A stretch of 64,000 nucleotides of DNA from NCBI GenBank assembly GCA_964547465.1, contig CAZJNI010000004.1, positions 19,927-83,926 on the forward strand, given 5' to 3'. This document shows positions 58,015 to 64,000 of this stretch, one piece after another. The stretch is from an uncultured Gammaproteobacteria bacterium (GTDB lineage: Bacteria; Patescibacteriota; Microgenomatia; Daviesbacterales; UBA10151). The position numbers and the translations under genes were made by a program. A model generated the notes under the pieces. The model was not told the DNA's origin, did no database searches, and saw nothing but the letters and a program-made list of their open reading frames with translations. Numbering within the stretch: position 1 is the first letter of the stretch; each line of letters opens with the position of its first letter.

Positions 58015-59838
58015 CTATTGATATCCTTTTGCTTGTAGATTAAATAAGGTAGCATATTGGCCATTTAGTTTCATTAACTGCTGATGAGAACCTGATTCTA
58101 CAATTTGTCCGTTATCAATTACATAAATCTTATCTGCATTCCTGACTGTAGAGAATCTGTGAGAAATAATAATTACTGTCCTATCTTTAGATAGTTTCTC
58201 AACCCTATTGAAAATTTCCGCTTCTGCTTTAGCGTCAATTGCTGCAGTTGGTTCATCTAATATTAAAATTGGAGCATTTCTAAAAAATCCTCTTGCTAAG
58301 GCAATCTTTTGCCACTGACCAATTGATAACTCCACGCCTCCTTTAAAAGTCCTACCCAGCATTTGCTCATATCCTTGTTCTAATTTCCTGATCATTGGAT
58401 CTGCGCCTGAAGAAACTGCAGCCTCTACCACTTTTTTAATGTCTTCCTTCGCTTGAGTTTTACCAAAGTGAATATTTTCCCGAGCTTTATATTCATATTT
58501 AACAAAATCTTGGAATAGTACCCCTAAAGCTTTATACCAGTCTTTCAAATCAAGTTTTTTTAGATCTATACCATTTATTAATATTTCACCCTGGTCTACG
58601 TCATAAAAACGACAAAGTAGTTTAATAATTGTAGTCTTACCAGACCCATTTTCACCTACTAATGCTATCTTTTCTTTAGGATTAATAGTTAAGTTGAAAT
58701 TCTTAAGTATAGTTTTTTTACTACCAGGATAAGCAAAAGAGACATTTTTGAATTCAATTATGGGAGACTTATAGATATTAATTTTAATTGGTTTCTCGAA
58801 CTGTTTAATTTTGGGAGGAGCATCTAAAACTTCAAATATGGAAGAGGTATATAAACTTTCACTAAAAAGTCTGACTAAGTTTCTAAAAAGTCCACCAATG
58901 CCATTTTGTAAGTTAGTTATAACAGTTGTATAGTAGCTGATGTCGCCTACACTAATTCTTCTGGCTACGGCTTCCAAGACTATAAAAAGCAAAATGCCAA
59001 TAAAAGTAATGCCACTCAAAATATTAAATAAAGAATTAATTCCTAAATATTTAGTTGCTAAGTTTTTATTCTCTTTATACATATCCTCTTGGATATTTTT
59101 TATATCCAGCAAAAATTTCTTTGGTAGTTGAAACAGCCGCATTTCTTTAACATAATCTCTTTCTTGTAGTAAAGAAGATACATACCAGAACTTTTTTCTA
59201 TGAGGACTTTGAGCATCCCAAATACCCCAGGATAACTGCGATTCCTTAATCCTACTTATAAGTTCTGGTATGGCAACAATCAGAACGACTACTATTAAAA
59301 TAGGCGCGAGTGTGGCTAGTATTACTATTGCACCAATAACTTGTATCAACCCCTGAAAAGAAAAAAGCAAATAATCCATTAAATTTAGAGGTCGCCAACT
59401 GTATGCATCCCTTACTTTTTCTAAAGTATTTTTAAATTCACTGTCTTCAAAATAGGCAACATCAAGATTAGATATTTTTGATAAAACTATCTGATATAGA
59501 GAGATTGGAATTTTGGTATATAACAGTCTATGTAGGTAATCCTGTGTTGAAAAAGCCAATGATTGGACTGTATATACTAAAAATGCCACCGCAAAAAGCA
59601 GAATAAACTTACTGAAGTCTATACTACCTTGCGAAATAGATGAAACTACCTGATCGATTACTAATTTGAAAATATAAGCAAAGGCAAACGGTACTAAGGC
59701 AGGGATAGTAACGGCTATGGCATTTGATATGAGAAGCCATTTATCTATAGACCATAGAAGTCCGAGTAGTCTCCAAGATGTAGCTACTGTTTCTCTGAAT
59801 CTGCCTATTTTTTTTAAATAATTGAACTTGAAACTCAC
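58015..59838 (-). CDS. ABC transporter, fused permease and ATPase
   Basis: GENGSGKTT, LSIGQWQKIALAR, ILDEPT, ISHR; GTG start inferred 6 nt after TG-C-TACCAT. Confidence 0.92.
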   Translation of the reverse strand: MSFKFNYLKKIGRFRETVATSWRLLGLLWSIDKWLLISNAIAVTIPALVPFAFAYIFKLVIDQVVSSISQGSIDFSKFILLFAVAFLVYTVQSLAFSTQDYLHRLLYTKIPISLYQIVLSKISNLDVAYFEDSEFKNTLEKVRDAYSWRPLNLMDYLLFSFQGLIQVIGAIVILATLAPILIVVVLIVAIPELISRIKESQLSWGIWDAQSPHRKKFWYVSSLLQERDYVKEMRLFQLPKKFLLDIKNIQEDMYKENKNLATKYLGINSLFNILSGITFIGILLFIVLEAVARRISVGDISYYTTVITNLQNGIGGLFRNLVRLFSESLYTSSIFEVLDAPPKIKQFEKPIKINIYKSPIIEFKNVSFAYPGSKKTILKNFNLTINPKEKIALVGENGSGKTTIIKLLCRFYDVDQGEILINGIDLKKLDLKDWYKALGVLFQDFVKYEYKARENIHFGKTQAKEDIKKVVEAAVSSGADPMIRKLEQGYEQMLGRTFKGGVELSIGQWQKIALARGFFRNAPILILDEPTAAIDAKAEAEIFNRVEKLSKDRTVIIISHRFSTVRNADKIYVIDNGQIVESGSHQQLMKLNGQYATLFNLQAKGYQ

Positions 59839-59932
59839 AAACTGATGGTAGCACAAATAGCCTCGTTGTAACATCTTTAGGTATCCTCATTGACAATTTA
59901 TTTATTCATAGGGTATATTAAAAGAGTAACTT

Positions 59933-60400
59933 ATGTATTCGGATTGGGTTGGTCCGGCTATTGCCGGATTATTGGTACTTTGGTTGGGGGTCTTGACTTA
60001 TTTTATTTGGAAACAGGGAAATTTTTTAAAATCTCTTTTTCCAAAGAGTGGAGAAAGAGACATCAGAAAAAAGTTTGAAGAGGTTTTGAAGGTAATTGAT
60101 GGCTTTGATAAAAAGCTTGGAGAAACGAAGATAGAATTATCTGATTTAAGGAAAGAAGGTTTTTCGCACATTAGCCATTTTTGGCTCTTGCGGTATAATC
60201 CTTATGAGGATACAGGAGGAGATCAAAGTTTTTCTGCTGCTTTACTTGATAGGGAGGGTAACGGATTTGTTTTAACAAGCTTGCATGCCAGGTCTGCGAC
60301 GCGGGTTTTTGCAAAAGGAATTGAGAAAGGTAAAGCGCTTAAGTATCAACTGTCAAAAGAGGAAGAAGAAGTTGTAAGAAAAGCGATGGAAGAAAAATGA
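59933..60400 (+). CDS. DUF4446-family protein
   Basis: RYNPYEDTGGDQSFS.ALLD..GNG.V.TSL..R...R.FAK. Confidence 0.85.
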   Translation: MYSDWVGPAIAGLLVLWLGVLTYFIWKQGNFLKSLFPKSGERDIRKKFEEVLKVIDGFDKKLGETKIELSDLRKEGFSHISHFWLLRYNPYEDTGGDQSFSAALLDREGNGFVLTSLHARSATRVFAKGIEKGKALKYQLSKEEEEVVRKAMEEK

Positions 60401-61578
60401 GTAATATTTTACAAACATTTCAAAAATTAACTAATATACAAAAGACTTTAACGCTAATAATTTTCGCAACAGTTTTGTATAGCGCTTCAACTACACTATC
60501 ACTGTCTCTTTTTAGTAAGTTGATTAAAAACCCAACACCAAAAACTGTAGAGGTAACATCGAAAGTCCCCGGCCCGGCAAATGCAATGGTGGAAGATCCA
60601 AATGAACCAAAGACGGAAATTTGTCCTCTAAATGGTAGTATGCATACCCAAAAAGCTAAAGATTCTTGGAGCAAAAGAAGACCTTTGGCAGTGATGGTTG
60701 AAAATCATTCCGAAGCCAGGCCACAATCAGGTTTATCTTCTGCGGATGTGGTATATGAGGCTGTGGCAGAAGGTGGGATAACCAGGTTTATGGCTTTATT
60801 TTATTGTAATCTTTCTGATGTCCAAGTTGGACCGGTTAGGTCTGCCAGGACTTATTATTTGGATTGGCTGTCTGAATACGATGCTTTATATGCCCATGTT
60901 GGTGGTGCTAATACTCCTGGTCCTGCTGATGCGTTGTCGCAGATCATTAAATATGACATTAAGGATTTGAACCAATTCTCAATTGGCTTTCCGGTTTTTT
61001 GGAGAGATTATCAGAGGTTAGGTCATAGCGTTGCAACAGAGCACACGATGTATTCCACCACTCAAAAACTTTGGGAGGTGGGAGCAAAAAGAGGATGGAC
61101 AAATGTGGATCAGGATAAAGTTTCCTGGGATAAAAACTTCGTTCTTTGGAAATTTAAAGAGGATAAGAGTGGTGGTAATACAAGCAAAATAACAGTTAAC
61201 TTTTGGGAGAGTCAGCCTAGTTATACAGTTGAGTGGGATTATGATGTTTTAACTAACACTTATAAAAGGAAAAATGGAGAGCCTCATATGGATTTGAATA
61301 ACAAAAAACAACTTGAGGCAAAAGTAATTATTATTCAGTTTGAAAAGGAATCTAATGCAAATGATGGTTATCCTGGAAATGTTCATCTGCTCTATGGCAC
61401 AATCGGTTCAGGTAAAGTTTTAGTTTTCCAGGATGGTAATGTTGTGGAAGGAAAATGGACTAAATCGTCTAGGAAGGGAAGAAGCAAATATATTGATTCA
61501 GTCGGAAAAGAGGTTGAACTTAATAGAGGTCAAATTTGGATCCAAACTGTCCCGGAGGGATCAGAGCTAACTTATTGA
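60397..61578 (+). CDS. DUF3048-family protein (membrane-anchored)
   Basis: RPLAVMVEN...ARPQSGL..AD.VYE..AEGGITRF, GPVRSAR. Confidence 0.9.
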   Translation: MSNILQTFQKLTNIQKTLTLIIFATVLYSASTTLSLSLFSKLIKNPTPKTVEVTSKVPGPANAMVEDPNEPKTEICPLNGSMHTQKAKDSWSKRRPLAVMVENHSEARPQSGLSSADVVYEAVAEGGITRFMALFYCNLSDVQVGPVRSARTYYLDWLSEYDALYAHVGGANTPGPADALSQIIKYDIKDLNQFSIGFPVFWRDYQRLGHSVATEHTMYSTTQKLWEVGAKRGWTNVDQDKVSWDKNFVLWKFKEDKSGGNTSKITVNFWESQPSYTVEWDYDVLTNTYKRKNGEPHMDLNNKKQLEAKVIIIQFEKESNANDGYPGNVHLLYGTIGSGKVLVFQDGNVVEGKWTKSSRKGRSKYIDSVGKEVELNRGQIWIQTVPEGSELTY

Positions 61579-61632
61579 TGAAATCATAACTGCCTAGAAA
61601 GGTGGTGACAGAATAGATCTGTCCAAAATATT

Positions 61633-62223
61633 ATGCTTGAGGAATTATTTGTCTCAAGAGTCCGGGTAAAAATATTGCAGCTTTTTTTAACCAATCCAGC
61701 GGATTCTCTTTTTCATGTCCGGGAGATTGTCAGAAGAGTATCTGAAGAGATTAATGCAGTCAGACGTGAATTGGCAAGAATGGAGAAGTTTGGAATGGTT
61801 TCATCTGAATGGAGAGCTAATAGAAGGCTTTATAAATTCAGAAGAGACTATATTTTTTACAAGGAACTTCTTTCCCTGGTCGCGAAAACTTCTGGACTCG
61901 GAGGCAATTTAGTAAAAAATAAAGGAAAACTTGGTAAAATTAAATTTTCATTTATTTCAACAAGATTTTTGAAAGGTACTCAATCTAGCTCAGAAGATGT
62001 GGATCTTTTAGTTGTCGGGAATATTGTTTTACCTGAACTTCAATCAATAATTGCAGATGAACAAGCAAAAAGGGAAGCTGAAATTAATTATTCATTTATG
62101 GATGAGGCGGAGTTTAAGTTTAGGGTGAAAAGACGTGACCCGTTTATTTTAAGAGTTTTGCTTCAACCAAAAGTGATGCTTTTGGGGGACGAAGACGAAC
62201 TGTTAGAAGGGGTAGCAATATAA
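61633..62223 (+). CDS. Winged-helix regulator with degenerate nucleotidyltransferase-like C-terminal domain
   Basis: SRVRVKIL..F..FHVREI.R...INAVRREL; DVDLLVVG, EINY. Confidence 0.75.
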   Translation: MLEELFVSRVRVKILQLFLTNPADSLFHVREIVRRVSEEINAVRRELARMEKFGMVSSEWRANRRLYKFRRDYIFYKELLSLVAKTSGLGGNLVKNKGKLGKIKFSFISTRFLKGTQSSSEDVDLLVVGNIVLPELQSIIADEQAKREAEINYSFMDEAEFKFRVKRRDPFILRVLLQPKVMLLGDEDELLEGVAI

Positions 62224-62243
62224 TTTTTAGCTAAACTATAGTT

Positions 62244-63536
62244 ATGGCTTCCAGGAAACTTTTGTGGTTCATTGTTTTTATTATTCTGTTTTCAATTTTT
62301 TTTGATCTTCCTAAACTTCCGGAATTAAAAATACTTGATAAAAAAATAAGCCTTGATTTTCCTTTAAAATTAGGGCTTGATCTGCAAGGTGGGACACAGC
62401 TTATTTTGCAAGCTAAGATGGATAAGATAAATCCGCTAGATCGGGATAGTGCCTTGGAATCTGCTAAAAATATTATTGAAAGAAGAGTTAATTTATATGG
62501 CTTATCCGAGACAGTAATTCAAACATCTAAATTAGGAGAAGAGAGAAGAATATTAGTAGAACTTCCAGGATTAAAAAATGCATCTTCTGCTGCAGAGTTG
62601 GTTGGCCAAACAGCACTGTTGGATTTTCGTGAGGTAGATAAGGATGCTTCTCCTTCCAGTATATTAACTTTGGATAATACCAAGGATAGTGGTTTGACTG
62701 GTAAAGATCTTAAAAAAGCTGAAGTTACTTTTGGCTCGTCAGGTCAAAGGACCGGACCACAGGTAGCGTTATCATTTACAGATAATGGAGCAAAAAAATT
62801 TGCTGATATTACCAAAAGAAATATTGGAAAACCTCTGGCTATTTTTTTGGATGATTTATCTATTTATCCTTTTGTTGGAACAGCTCCCATTGTTCAGCAA
62901 GAGATTTTGGGAGGGAATGCAGTAATAACTGGTGATTTTACAACCGCTCAAGCTAAAAATTTGGCAATTCAACTTAATGCAGGAGCCCTGCCTGTGCCAA
63001 TTTTAGTTTTGGAACAAAGATCCATTGGCCCAACTCTTGGGCAAGAGTCTGTTGAGAAAAGTTTAATAGCCGGAGCAATTGGTATTTTAATTGTTATGCT
63101 TTATATGGGCTTTTATTATGGATTTTTAGGTCTTATTGCCGATCTTGCCTTAGTTGTCTATGCTTTGATTGTTTTAGCAATTTTTAAAACCGGGCTTTTC
63201 ATATTGCCACCTGTTACCTTAACCTTGGCCGGAATTGCCGGATTTATATTATCGGTCGGGATGGCAGTGGATGCAAATATTTTAATATTTGAAAGAATGA
63301 AAGAAGAAATCCGCTGGGGGAAAGGTAAAACTTTGGCTTTGGAGCTGGGTTTTAAAAGAGCCTGGTCATCTATTTGGGCTTCAAATGTTTCGTCATTAAT
63401 GACTGCAGCAATTTTGTATGGAATGGGTACTACATTGATTAAAGGTTTTGCCATAACTTTGGCAATTGGAGTTTTGGTATCCATGTTTACAAGCTATGTG
63501 GTAACAAGAACATTTTTAAGATTACTCGTTAAATAA
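62244..63536 (+). CDS. secD: Protein translocase subunit SecD
   Basis: LGLDLQGG, LNAGALP, IGPTLG, GMAVDANILIFER. Confidence 0.97.
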   Translation: MASRKLLWFIVFIILFSIFFDLPKLPELKILDKKISLDFPLKLGLDLQGGTQLILQAKMDKINPLDRDSALESAKNIIERRVNLYGLSETVIQTSKLGEERRILVELPGLKNASSAAELVGQTALLDFREVDKDASPSSILTLDNTKDSGLTGKDLKKAEVTFGSSGQRTGPQVALSFTDNGAKKFADITKRNIGKPLAIFLDDLSIYPFVGTAPIVQQEILGGNAVITGDFTTAQAKNLAIQLNAGALPVPILVLEQRSIGPTLGQESVEKSLIAGAIGILIVMLYMGFYYGFLGLIADLALVVYALIVLAIFKTGLFILPPVTLTLAGIAGFILSVGMAVDANILIFERMKEEIRWGKGKTLALELGFKRAWSSIWASNVSSLMTAAILYGMGTTLIKGFAITLAIGVLVSMFTSYVVTRTFLRLLVK

Positions 63537-63537
63537 T

Positions 63538-64000
63538 ATGGCTAAACAATTTAAATCCAGCAAACCTCATTTTGAATATTTAAGGAAAAAATTTGGTCAA
63601 AGGCACAGAAATTTACAAGATAAATTTTGGGATAAACACGGACAGGCCCTAAAACATTTAGCACTAGGTTCATTGGGAGGATTAATATTATTATCTCCCC
63701 CGCAACCTAATTTACCTGCCCCTAATTTAGTTGCCAGTAAAGAAGGCATTTTAGAAGGCTTTGATGAAAATGTTTTACTTGCCTCACAACTTGAAGGTGT
63801 TGTACCTCCTAAGGTACAACCTTTGAGTGACGACGAAGAAAAGAAAGTAATTGAAATATTGTCAAAAAATTTCAATATGAAGGTTTTATCTCAACTTGAG
63901 GGTATAAGATTAAATAGAAATTATGGTTTAATTGGAGGAGAGCAACATTTATATAGATATGCTGGGGATAATTTGTATGCACATGCAGAAACTACAGTTG
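63538..64000 (+). CDS. Hypothetical protein (3' partial)
   Basis: ATG 63538, open to the window end: MAKQFKSSKPHF...YGLIGGEQHLYRY. Confidence 0.75.
   Translation, partial: MAKQFKSSKPHFEYLRKKFGQRHRNLQDKFWDKHGQALKHLALGSLGGLILLSPPQPNLPAPNLVASKEGILEGFDENVLLASQLEGVVPPKVQPLSDDEEKKVIEILSKNFNMKVLSQLEGIRLNRNYGLIGGEQHLYRYAGDNLYAHAETTV

Noticed and set aside
59890-60078. 62-aa ORF overlapping the DUF4446 gene
   Set aside because: It starts in the promoter (TTGACA read as a start) and overlaps a recognisable gene in another frame.
63597-63875. 92-aa minus-strand ORF
   Set aside because: Shadow of a plus-strand gene starting at 63538 that runs off the window.
1-64000. Alternative genetic code (TGA read as Gly or Trp)
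   Set aside because: Conserved genes are full length in the standard code and several end in TGA at the expected positions (rpoB, secY, recA).

Overview
Core chromosome of a low-GC, reduced-genome bacterium. It is most consistent with Patescibacteria/CPR, probably Microgenomates-like (inference: no rpmD/L30 between rpsE and rplO, few Shine-Dalgarno sites, sortase and GT-C glycosyltransferases, standard code). The window holds rpoBC, the str/S10/spc/alpha ribosomal superoperon through rplM-rpsI, a HicAB-like pair, a T-box-led methyltransferase/MetE-like operon, a SAM riboswitch-metK unit, tRNA-Pro(GGG), recA-recX-rny, a GT-C cluster, miaA, RNase P RNA, comM and secD. The most striking non-housekeeping signal is a family of (C)GTCAT-tagged palindromic repeats (REP/RPE-like). 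Four units tightly flank a stand-alone GIY-YIG nuclease gene inserted in the S10 operon, like a RAYT/REP locus but with a different enzyme. Other copies are intergenic or translated in frame inside rplD, miaA and rplC. Further layers of repeat DNA have entered essential genes and RNAs: 7-nt tandem arrays, GC micro-hairpins, a dispersed hairpin forming P3 of RNase P RNA, and an exact 164-bp duplication giving L29 and S17 the same C-terminal tail. All calls come from reading the sequence and recognising motifs; no database searches or folding programs were run.
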